This document shows, piece by piece, positions 1 through 8,425 of a DNA stretch of 64,000 nt. A program made the translations under genes and the position numbers. This DNA is from a virus. The DNA lies in IMG/VR virus record IMGVR_UViG_3300031746_000001; one strand, given 5' to 3'. The notes beneath the pieces are model-generated. The model made no database searches, was not told the origin of the DNA, and saw nothing but the letters and a program-made list of their open reading frames with translations. The first letter of the stretch is position 1. The number at the start of each line of letters is the position of its first letter.

Positions 1-155
1 TTCAGCCGGAGGGCGTCCCCCTCGGGATCCTCCGAGTCGAACTTCTCTCTTTGGTTCCGGAATACGTCCTTTGCTAAAACTCCCCACCACTTGCGGAGGT
101 GGATTAGCAGATCCCGTTCACGCCTTTGGGAGCGGTCTGTTTTGATCAGTGACAT
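1..155 (-). CDS. Hypothetical protein, 5' part only (runs off the window)
   Basis: Read by hand: GAGGAGG RBS, then ATG at 155, giving MSLIKTDRSQRRERDLLIHLRKWWGVLAKDVF..., open to the window edge. Overlaps the end of the radical SAM gene. Not in the ORF track. Confidence 0.6.
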   Translation of the reverse strand, partial: MSLIKTDRSQRRERDLLIHLRKWWGVLAKDVFRNQREKFDSEDPEGDALRL

Positions 156-870
156 TGATCCTCCTCGCATTCTCACATGAACGACACAGTAAATCCGAGC
201 TCATGGCTCCGGATAGTTTCCGGATGCCTTCCCGGTCCAGGGACTCCCACGACTGATTCAGGAGATTCCCGATCTTGTGCTTCAGGCCGTAGTCCATGCA
301 ACACAGGTAGACGTTCCCGTTCGGTAGGACTTCGTTGTGATCGAACTGGTCCCCGCAGACCCCGCAGTGAAGGGGCCCTTCTATCGGGGTGATCCCGGCA
401 TACAGGTTTCCGGCCCGGGAGACGGGAGAGTGAACCCGATCATCGAGGTTCTTGATCTTGGCGTCCACGGCCACCATCAGGGCATCCCGCTTCTTCTTGA
501 ACCAGTCGTCCGTGAGCTCCGGGGAGGCCGTCCGGTGGATGACTATGATGTCAAACATCATCCCCTGGATGATGGCCACGTCCTTCTCGGTCATGCCGAC
601 CATCGTCGTGTAGAGGGCTACCGGATGCCCGGCCAGACCTGCGGCTCTCATCATCCGGGACCCTTCCGGATTCAGGAAGGGCTCCGAGAACCCGGAGAAG
701 TCGACCCGGACGGTCTTGGGAACCGTGGAGATGATGGTATCGAAGTCGGCAAACGCCATCTCCTTCGGTTGCTTCGCCTGCAGGTGGTAATTGTAGACCA
801 GCTTCTTCTGCGGGCAGTATTTACACCGGTTAACACAGCCGATCACTGTGGTTATTTCAAGGGTGTTCAT
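118..870 (-). CDS. Radical SAM enzyme with C-terminal SPASM/twitch domain
   Basis: CxxxCxxC motif (CVNRCKYC), FSGFSEP motif, and a C-terminal Cys cluster (CGVC...GNVYLCCMDY...IGNL...CRSC). Start set at MNTLEI (870), which forms an ATGA overlap with the upstream stop. Confidence 0.85.
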   Translation of the reverse strand: MNTLEITTVIGCVNRCKYCPQKKLVYNYHLQAKQPKEMAFADFDTIISTVPKTVRVDFSGFSEPFLNPEGSRMMRAAGLAGHPVALYTTMVGMTEKDVAIIQGMMFDIIVIHRTASPELTDDWFKKKRDALMVAVDAKIKNLDDRVHSPVSRAGNLYAGITPIEGPLHCGVCGDQFDHNEVLPNGNVYLCCMDYGLKHKIGNLLNQSWESLDREGIRKLSGAMSSDLLCRSCENARRINVTDQNRPLPKA

Positions 871-1100
871 CTCGCATCCTCCACGGGTTGGTAGGTCTCT
901 TCGAAGATCTCCTTCTTGCACGGGTACACCTCACCCCGGACCCCGATCAGCAGATAGTCTCCGGCTTCTCCCTTCATCGTTCCCTCGAGCGTCTGGACCT
1001 CGAAGGGCTCGTCGATCCGTGCCGCACTGATAGGAATCGGCTTCTTCATGAACTTCCTGAACGTCTCGTCGATCATCACCCCTTGCCTAAAATACTTCAT
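867..1100 (-). CDS. Small PGDYG-like phage protein
   Basis: KKPIPISA...QTLEGTMKGEAGDYLLIGVRGEVYPCKKEIFEETY matches the common phage TLEG...GDY...GE.YPC..DIF..TY pattern; GGAGG RBS. Confidence 0.7.
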   Translation of the reverse strand: MKYFRQGVMIDETFRKFMKKPIPISAARIDEPFEVQTLEGTMKGEAGDYLLIGVRGEVYPCKKEIFEETYQPVEDAR

Positions 1101-1111
1101 GCATCCCTCCT

Positions 1112-4100
1112 TTAGAGATATTCAACCAAAATCGTTCCATTCCAGTTCTCATTACGCTTGTCAGAAAATGAATAAGTGGTCGAAAAGACCGATTGCACGG
1201 AACCATTCTTGTGAACTTCAAGAACGGTATCCGACATCCCGACATAATTGATATAACAAGATATTTCATCCCCCTCAACAAAGTAGACGGGAGCGACATT
1301 CTTTATCGCTGTCGTTTCCCCGGTAGTAGACCCCCTGAACTGGCATCCGATAATCCTACCCGGAGAAAGCATCTGAACTGAATACTGATTTCCCACTTCA
1401 GTTCCGGCAGAGAAGTATCTACTTGACACACTCGCCGCAGTTCCAAGAGATAAGTGGTCTATGTTCTTTAGACCGTGTGCTCCAACAACCCCAATCCAAT
1501 CAAAGCTGATTCCTACGACAGTATCGCCCGAGAACACATGAACAGGCAACCAGACATTCGCTGGAATATGAGTCGTATGCGAAGCAACCAACTGACCATT
1601 GACATATAGACGACAGACATTTGGGTCCCATTGAATTTCAATCAGATTCCAAGTTCTGGCCGGGATAGCAACGGCTGTCTGTGTTACCGTCCCGTCGTAA
1701 GTTTCAAAGTTTCCGTCGTTATACCGGACATAATAGGATCCGCCGGAATCCCAAAAACCAACAGCGTTTCTGAACACACCAGACCTATCATAATCATCCT
1801 TAACGAACATAGACAATCTACCATACAGCCATGTTCTCTTCGTATACATCTCGCCATAAGAACCTCCGGCGTTCAGAATACTTATCATACTGGACGCAAC
1901 AGAATAGGTTGCACTTGCACCAACCTTAGTCCAGACATTCGTATCAAGGGCATTACCATCAAAATGGTCGATAAAACCCGGAAATCCTTCATAACTAATT
2001 ACCGGAGTTTCTATCGGAGCAATTTCAGAGAACTCAATGTCTGGATGTAGTCTTGTAGCAATATTATCAAGCAACACACCATAATACCCACCCATCGCAG
2101 TAGCATAGGCGGCAGTCGTTCCCCTCCAATAAAATTTCCCGTCACAATAAACATCGAACACATTAACTTTACTTCCGAGACTATTATACAAATAAACTTC
2201 AAGAGTATGCCATTCCCCTGTAGTCAATGTGACTGTAAAGACGCCATCTGTCAAACTACCATAACTTCCGGCATTATCATATCCTACCGTTAGATTAGCT
2301 CCCGACCCTGTGTAATACCAGAATAATCCATGAGCGGTAGCATGATTAAGAGCATCAAACCCAAAACATATCCCGTAGTTATCCGTAGAAGCATTCGGCT
2401 TGAACTTCATCCGAATACGAAGTCCACCGGATGCATTTGCATTGAGAGGAGCCTGACAAAGATAGAATCTTTCACCGGCTGTTCTCGCTACAGGAGCATA
2501 CCATCCGGCAGTATCACTTACCAGATACTCCGCATTTGTGTAGTTTCTATACAAAGCAGGAGAAGGATAACCACTATATCCCGACGCCCCACTGGCACCA
2601 GAGGCCCCTGAGGCGCCTGAAGCACCAGAAAGTCCAGATGCCCCCGTGAACCCACTGAATCCGGAGTACCCTGATAGGCCACTTGCCCCGCTAGCTCCAC
2701 TGGCGCCTGAAGCTCCTCCTGCTCCGGACAGCCCGCTGAAGCCGGATCGTCCGCTGTATCCTGAGTACCCCGACTGACCACTAGCGCCTGAAGCTCCTCC
2801 TGCTCCGGACAGCCCGGAGGCACCCGTGAATCCCGAGAAGCCAGAATATCCAGAGAGTCCGGAAGCTCCACTTGCTCCCGAAAGTCCGGATGCGCCAGTA
2901 GCCCCGGTAAATCCAGAGAAGCCGGAGTAACCTGAAAGACCAGACGCCCCGCTGGCGCCACTCGCTCCGCTGGCTCCCGAAAGCCCTGTAAATCCCGAGA
3001 ACCCGGAATATCCACTTAGACCTGAAGCACCAGACGCACCGCTCGCGCCGGAAGCCCCGCTGAGTCCTGTGAACCCACTGAAACCCGAGTAGCCGCTTAG
3101 TCCGGATGCACCACTTGCGCCTGAAAGTCCCGAAGCCCCTGAAGCTCCGGACAGGCCACTGGCTCCGGTGAAGCCGGAGAAACCCGAGTAACCGGAGAGG
3201 CCAGATGCCCCAGACGCTCCACTAGCCCCACTCGCTCCTGACAAGCCCGTGAACCCGCTGAAGCCGGAGTAACCCGATTGGCCACTAGCTCCGCTCGCCC
3301 CACTAGCCCCGCTGAGACCTGATGCCCCAGTAAATCCCGAAAAGCCGCTATAACCTGACAGTCCACTTGCCCCGGACGCGCCGGAAAGTCCGCTGGCCCC
3401 ACTGGCTCCCGTAAATCCGCTGAAACCTGAGTAGCCACTTTGTCCGGAGGCTCCCGACGCTCCGCTGGCACCGGAAAGACCGGAAGCTCCGCTGGCACCG
3501 GAAAACCCGCTGAGACCGCTATACCCAGACTGACCGGATGCTCCGCTCGCACCACTGGCTCCGCTAAGACCCGAGGCTCCGGACAGCCCTGTGAAGCCGG
3601 AAAATCCCGAGTAGCCGGAAAGTCCAGACGCCCCACTGGCACCGCTGAGCCCAGAGGCTCCCGAAGCTCCGGTGAAACCAGAGAATCCAGAGTACCCGCT
3701 CTGACCGCTGGCTCCACTCGCTCCCGAAGCCCCACTGAGTCCGGAAGCACCAGTGAAGCCAGAAAATCCGGAATATCCGGATTGTCCGCTGGCCCCGCTT
3801 GCTCCCGATGCCCCACTAAGCCCAGAGGCGCCGGTAAAACCACTGAACCCGGAGTACCCGCTTAATCCGCTGGCTCCCGATGCTCCTGAGAGTCCCGATG
3901 CTCCCGATGCGCCTGAGGCGCCAGAGAGTCCAGAAAAGCCAGAGAGTCCGCTATAGCCTGATTGTCCAACAGCCCCGGACGCTCCGCTCGCGCCGGACGC
4001 TCCCGAGAGTCCGGTAAAGCCGCTGAAGCCCGAGTAACCGGATTGGCCGCTGGCGCCGGATGCTCCCGAGGCTCCTGAGAGGCCACTAGCCCCAGTGAAT

Positions 4101-7100
4101 CCCGAAAAGCCTGAGTATCCACTTTGACCGGAAGCTCCGGAAGCACCGGAGGCGCCGGAAAGTCCCGAAGCCCCCGTAAATCCACTGAATCCGCTATACC
4201 CGCTCTGTCCGCTAGCTCCGGAAGCACCACTGGCACCAGAGGCTCCTGAAAGTCCGGAAGCTCCACTAAGCCCTGTGAAGCCGCTGAATCCGGAATAACC
4301 CGATAGACCAGAGGCCCCAGAAGCTCCGCTGGCACCACTAGCTCCGGATGCCCCAGTGAACCCACTGAACCCGGAGTAACCACTGAGGCCGCTGGCACCT
4401 AAAGCTCCACTTGCTCCACTTGCCCCGCTAAGTCCGCTAAACCCGCTGAAGCCGGAGTAGCCGCTTTGACCAGACGCCCCGCTGGCGCCAGAAGTTCCGC
4501 TAAGACCGGAAGCCCCGGTAAATCCCGAGAATCCGGAATACCCGCTGAGCCCGCTGGCTCCACTAAGGCCGCTGGCACCGGAAGCTCCTGAAGCCCCGAC
4601 AGCTCCCGAGAATCCGGAGAGCCCGGAATAACCAGACTGTCCCGAGGCGCCGGAAGTTCCGCTAAGCCCCGACGCTCCCGAAGCTCCGGTAAAGCCCGAG
4701 AAGCCAGAATATCCCGACTGCCCACTCGCTCCGCTGGCGCCGGACGCTCCACTGAGACCACTTTGTCCCGTGAAGCCAGAGAATCCTGAATAACCACTCT
4801 GTCCGCTGGCCCCACTGGCTCCGGAGGCGCCACTCGTTCCAGATAACCCCGAAAATCCGCTGTAACCACTTTGTCCGGAAGCTCCACTTGCTCCGGACGC
4901 ACCAGACGCTCCAACCGCCCCGCTGAATCCGCTAAGACCGCTGTAGCCTGAGAGTCCAGAGGCACCCGAAGATCCACTCGCACCTGAGGCTCCGGACGCT
5001 CCGGATGCTCCGGTGAAACCAGAGAATCCAGAGTACCCGCTCTGACCGCTGGCTCCAGATGCTCCACTCGCACCAGAAAGACCTGATTGCCCGATCGCAC
5101 CGCTGAACCCACTAAATCCTGAATAACCAGACGCGCCTGAAAGTCCCACCGCTCCAGAAAGACCACTGATACCTGAGTACCCACTTTGTCCACTCTCTCC
5201 CGAGGCCCCCGATGCTCCTGAAGTTCCGCTGAGTCCCGATGCTCCGGTGAATCCGGAGAATCCGGAGTAGCCCGATAGTCCCGATGCTCCGGATGCGCCG
5301 GAGGCCCCTGAGGCGCCTGAAGCACCAGTGAAACCAGAAAACCCGCTGTAGCCACTTTGTCCAGATGCCCCAGACGCGCCTGAAGCACCCGAAGCGCCAG
5401 AAAGACCTGTAAAGCCCGAGAACCCGGAATAACCGGACTGTCCGGACGCCCCGCTCGCTCCCGATAGACCAGACGCACCGCTTAGTCCACTGGCCCCGGA
5501 CAAACCCGTGAAGCCTGAAAAACCAGAATATCCGGACTGCCCTGAAGCACCAGACGCACCGCTCGCGCCTGACGCTCCGGATAGGCCGGAAAATCCTGAG
5601 AAGCCCGAATAACCCGACTGACCGCTGGCACCCGAAGCTCCACTGGCTCCCGAAAGACCCGAGGCTCCCGAAGCCCCGGATTGTCCCGTGAACCCACTGA
5701 AACCAGAATAACCGGACTGACCGGATGATCCTACGAAGGACTCTCCGGAAAACCCGCTAAGACCTGAGTAACCAGACTGGCCGGATGCGCCGGAAGCCCC
5801 GCTGGCTCCTGAAGATCCACTGGCACCTGTGAATCCGGAAAATCCGCTATAACCGGATTGACCGCTAGCTCCCGAGGTTCCCGAGGCGCCGGACGCTCCC
5901 GAGGCTCCACTCAGCCCGGAGAATCCGCTGAACCCTGAATATCCTGATTGACCGCTTGCCCCGCTTGCTCCGGAAGCTCCTCCGGCGCCGGAGGCTCCCG
6001 TGAAACCTGAGAAACCGCTGTAGCCGGATGCTCCCGATGTTCCCGACGCACCTGACGCGCCAGAAAGTCCAGAAAGTCCCGAGTAGCCCGACTGGCCAGA
6101 AGCACCCGAAAGACCACTAGCTCCGGATGCCCCTTCTGCTCCGGATTGTCCGCTGAATCCGGAGAAACCAGAGTAACCAGAAGCACCTGAAGTTCCAGAT
6201 GCTCCTGAGGCTCCTGAAGCTCCGCTAGCACCCGAGAGCCCGGTGAATCCAGAGAACCCAGAATACCCAGACTGACCGCTGGCCCCAGATGCACCAGATG
6301 CTCCTGAAGTCCCAGATAGTCCACTGAGACCTGAGAGACCGCTGTAGCCTGATTGTCCCGATGCACCCGAAGTTCCACTTGCACCTGACGCCCCGGATTC
6401 TCCGCTGAACCCGCTGAATCCGGAATACCCCGACTGTCCTGATTGGCCTGATGCACCACTCGCTCCACTCTGCCCTGATGCTCCTGTGAACCCGGAAAAC
6501 CCGCTGTAACCCGATTGTCCCGAGGCTCCGCTGGTCCCGGAGGCACCAGACGCCCCGGACTCCCCCGTGAACCCCGAGAACCCCGAGTATCCCGACTGGC
6601 CGGAGGCTCCACTGGCACCCGATGCTCCGGATAGGCCGGAAGCCCCAGTAAAGCCGGAAAAGCCGGAATACCCGCTCTGCCCACTCGCGCCTGACGTTCC
6701 TGACCCCCCAGAAGCCCCAGAAAGGCCACTCTGGCCTGAGAACCCGCTGGCTCCCGAGTAACCGGACTCCCCTGACGTCCCGGATGCACCTGAGGCCCCT
6801 GAGGCGCCTGACAGGCCGGAGGCCCCGGACTCCCCCGAGAATCCTGAGAACCCGCTGTAACCGCTGGCCCCCGATACCCCCGTAGCCTCCCCACTGAACC
6901 CCGAGAATCCCGAGTAACCCGACGCTCCACTGGGCCCCGACCCTCCCGATTCTCCGCTGTAACCAGAAAGGCCGGAATAACCGGACGCTCCGGTCCCTCC
7001 CGCCCCACTGAAGGTGATCGTCTGGCCGTCCTGGGTAACGTCGACACCGCTATACCCCTGAAAGAGAACATTCCCGGTTGCGGGAGGAGGCGCAATAGGA

Positions 7101-7315
7101 GAAACAAGCCCGATCGAGTGGACCCCCTCGTGGACGTGATCCCTCCGGCTGACCTGTCTCTCATCTCCGGAATAGCCGGACTGACCGACAGGCTCCGGGA
7201 GTCCCCGCCCGTAGATCTCGTTATTCAGGTGCCAGCTAAATACGGAAGACGGAAGAGATTTCGATATGCCATCCGGGCTCTTCCGTTCTCCGCGAATGTC
7301 TCGTGGATCAGCCAT
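1112..7315 (-). CDS. Giant Gly-X-Ser repeat (collagen-like) fibre protein with C-terminal beta-sandwich/lectin-like domains
   Basis: 2067 aa: about 100-aa N-terminus (SRRDHVH motif), about 1480 aa of Gly-every-third-residue repeat, and about 480-aa C-terminus with two ConA/LamG-like segments (WHTLEVY...FDVYCDGK; DHFDGNALDTNVW...WNLIEIQW...LYVNGQLVASH). Confidence 0.8.
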   Translation of the reverse strand: MADPRDIRGERKSPDGISKSLPSSVFSWHLNNEIYGRGLPEPVGQSGYSGDERQVSRRDHVHEGVHSIGLVSPIAPPPATGNVLFQGYSGVDVTQDGQTITFSGAGGTGASGYSGLSGYSGESGGSGPSGASGYSGFSGFSGEATGVSGASGYSGFSGFSGESGASGLSGASGASGASGTSGESGYSGASGFSGQSGLSGASGGSGTSGASGQSGYSGFSGFTGASGLSGASGASGASGQSGYSGFSGFTGESGASGASGTSGASGQSGYSGFSGFTGASGQSGASGASGQSGQSGYSGFSGFSGESGASGASGTSGASGQSGYSGLSGLSGLSGTSGASGASGASGQSGYSGFSGFTGLSGASGASGASGASGTSGASGYSGFSGFSGQSGAEGASGASGLSGASGQSGYSGLSGLSGASGASGTSGASGYSGFSGFTGASGAGGASGASGASGQSGYSGFSGFSGLSGASGASGASGTSGASGQSGYSGFSGFTGASGSSGASGASGASGQSGYSGLSGFSGESFVGSSGQSGYSGFSGFTGQSGASGASGLSGASGASGASGQSGYSGFSGFSGLSGASGASGASGASGQSGYSGFSGFTGLSGASGLSGASGLSGASGASGQSGYSGFSGFTGLSGASGASGASGASGQSGYSGFSGFTGASGASGASGASGASGLSGYSGFSGFTGASGLSGTSGASGASGESGQSGYSGISGLSGAVGLSGASGYSGFSGFSGAIGQSGLSGASGASGASGQSGYSGFSGFTGASGASGASGASGSSGASGLSGYSGLSGFSGAVGASGASGASGASGQSGYSGFSGLSGTSGASGASGASGQSGYSGFSGFTGQSGLSGASGASGASGQSGYSGFSGFTGASGASGLSGTSGASGQSGYSGLSGFSGAVGASGASGASGLSGASGLSGYSGFSGFTGASGLSGTSGASGASGQSGYSGFSGFSGLSGASGASGALGASGLSGYSGFSGFTGASGASGASGASGASGLSGYSGFSGFTGLSGASGLSGASGASGASGASGQSGYSGFSGFTGASGLSGASGASGASGQSGYSGFSGFTGASGLSGASGASGASGQSGYSGFSGFTGLSGASGASGASGAVGQSGYSGLSGFSGLSGASGASGASGLSGASGASGLSGYSGFSGFTGASGLSGASGASGASGQSGYSGFSGFTGASGLSGASGASGASGQSGYSGFSGFTGASGASGLSGASGASGLSGYSGFSGFTGLSGASGLSGASGASGASGQSGYSGLSGFSGASGASGLSGASGASGASGQSGYSGFSGFTGASGASGLSGASGASGLSGYSGFSGFTGASGLSGASGASGASGQSGYSGFSGFTGLSGASGASGASGASGLSGYSGFSGFTGASGLSGASGASGLSGASGASGLSGYSGFSGFTGLSGASGASGASGASGLSGYSGFSGFTGLSGASGASGASGASGLSGYSGFSGFTGATGASGLSGASGASGLSGYSGFSGFTGASGLSGAGGASGASGQSGYSGYSGRSGFSGLSGAGGASGASGASGASGLSGYSGFSGFTGASGLSGASGASGASGASGASGYSGYPSPALYRNYTNAEYLVSDTAGWYAPVARTAGERFYLCQAPLNANASGGLRIRMKFKPNASTDNYGICFGFDALNHATAHGLFWYYTGSGANLTVGYDNAGSYGSLTDGVFTVTLTTGEWHTLEVYLYNSLGSKVNVFDVYCDGKFYWRGTTAAYATAMGGYYGVLLDNIATRLHPDIEFSEIAPIETPVISYEGFPGFIDHFDGNALDTNVWTKVGASATYSVASSMISILNAGGSYGEMYTKRTWLYGRLSMFVKDDYDRSGVFRNAVGFWDSGGSYYVRYNDGNFETYDGTVTQTAVAIPARTWNLIEIQWDPNVCRLYVNGQLVASHTTHIPANVWLPVHVFSGDTVVGISFDWIGVVGAHGLKNIDHLSLGTAASVSSRYFSAGTEVGNQYSVQMLSPGRIIGCQFRGSTTGETTAIKNVAPVYFVEGDEISCYINYVGMSDTVLEVHKNGSVQSVFSTTYSFSDKRNENWNGTILVEYL
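2570..7006 (-). repeat. Coding 9-bp-period repeat, about 490 Gly-X-Ser/Thr triplets, with a higher-order unit (SGA/L/Q)n-SGY-SGF-SGF-TG
   Basis: Visible in the translation. One register break noticed (GESFVG, near 5730). Synonymous codons are strongly shuffled, with occasional exact DNA duplicates (e.g. 2703-2735 vs 2784-2816). Confidence 0.95.
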
Positions 7316-7326
7316 TCAAATCGGCT

Positions 7327-7725
7327 TTAGTTATGTCCGTTACCGTTCCTTGGAGTATAGATTCGCATCCCTCGACAGGATACGCACTTGAGCTTGCCGC
7401 GCCGCTTCAGCTCCGTCAAAATCGTGGAAGCCTTGGGGATCGTCAATCCCAGATGAAGGGCAAACTGGGTTGGCGTAATTCCCCCTCGCTCCGCCATCCT
7501 CAATGCGGCTACGTGGACAAAAAACTCCTTCACCCGGGAGGAGCTTTTGAGCCTTGCCCGAAGAGCCCGAGTGATCATGTCGTCGTCTACGGGTAGAATC
7601 TCGCTCCAGATCGTCTCGCGATAGCCCTTAAGGAAGTTCTTCGCCTCGCCATCATCATACCGCCCAGCTGAAATCAGAGCATTAGAAACAAGCTCGTAGG
7701 ACAACGTCTTGAAGCCGTTTCGCAT
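7327..7725 (-). CDS. Winged-helix DNA-binding protein
   Basis: C-terminal ITPTQFALHLGLTIPKASTILTELKRRGKL has a wHTH pattern. Start moved to MRNGFK (7725), after GAGGG and clear of the upstream gene. Confidence 0.6.
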   Translation of the reverse strand: MRNGFKTLSYELVSNALISAGRYDDGEAKNFLKGYRETIWSEILPVDDDMITRALRARLKSSSRVKEFFVHVAALRMAERGGITPTQFALHLGLTIPKASTILTELKRRGKLKCVSCRGMRIYTPRNGNGHN

Positions 7726-7744
7726 ATCGCATCCCTCACTTTCT

Positions 7745-8425
7745 CTAATACGAAGTGAACTTCTCTCTTCCCAACCACCTGACCGTTCCGGAATACTGTG
7801 AAATCTCTGTAAACGTAAGCTCCACAGACGCCAGTCTCGGCGTTCCGTCCTCAAACCAAGCCTTGTAGCCGATCGAGCAATTCGTCATGACACACGGCAG
7901 GATATCCGCTCCCTGCTTAGGAAGGATTCGAAGGTGGGTCTTTGGAAAGTAAAGAAGCAGGAGAGGCGGCGACTGAATGGGCAGGTTGCCGTCGCCGGTG
8001 TCGTAACGCCCCGTTTTCATCGACCGGAGAATCTTGATGTGCTGGTTAATATCTACGTTATACTTGCTCTCCTTCTCGGGAGATAGATCAAAAGAGGAAC
8101 GGTTGACCTCCCGGTACAGCACCGCAGCGAAGGAGACCGTCCGCTCCCCTCCTCCCGTCCACTGGTAGATCGGCACGGGGGCAAAAGGAACATCGATGCC
8201 AGCCCAGGTGACCCCACCGCCGTCGTCGGTCAGGGTCTCAGGGAAGAACTGAAGTTTCAAAACCAGATTGTCGGCGTTGTAGAATTTTCTCTCAAGAGCC
8301 CGGGTCATTTGAAGGGTTTGACCTCCCCCCTGCTTGCTCAGGATGTAAACATTAGCCAGCTTCCTTCTTCGCTTGAGGAAGTAACCCTTAAACGCCGAGG
8401 AAGCAATGCTACCGAGGTCAGGCAT
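7745..8425 (-). CDS. Tail tube initiator / CIS-tube-like (Afp7-type) baseplate protein
   Basis: LQFFPETL...W...PIYQWTGGGERTVSF...PPLLLLYF...CVMTNCSIGY..WFEDGTPRLASVELTFTE follows the contractile-injection-system tube/initiator pattern. Confidence 0.7.
   Translation of the reverse strand: MPDLGSIASSAFKGYFLKRRRKLANVYILSKQGGGQTLQMTRALERKFYNADNLVLKLQFFPETLTDDGGGVTWAGIDVPFAPVPIYQWTGGGERTVSFAAVLYREVNRSSFDLSPEKESKYNVDINQHIKILRSMKTGRYDTGDGNLPIQSPPLLLLYFPKTHLRILPKQGADILPCVMTNCSIGYKAWFEDGTPRLASVELTFTEISQYSGTVRWLGREKFTSY

Noticed and set aside
2570-7006. Possible CRISPR array or satellite
   Set aside because: No identical repeats with unique spacers; the periodicity is explained by coding triplets.
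2518-7164. Alternative-frame ORFs inside the fibre repeat
   Set aside because: By-products of the 9-bp periodic, stop-poor repeat.
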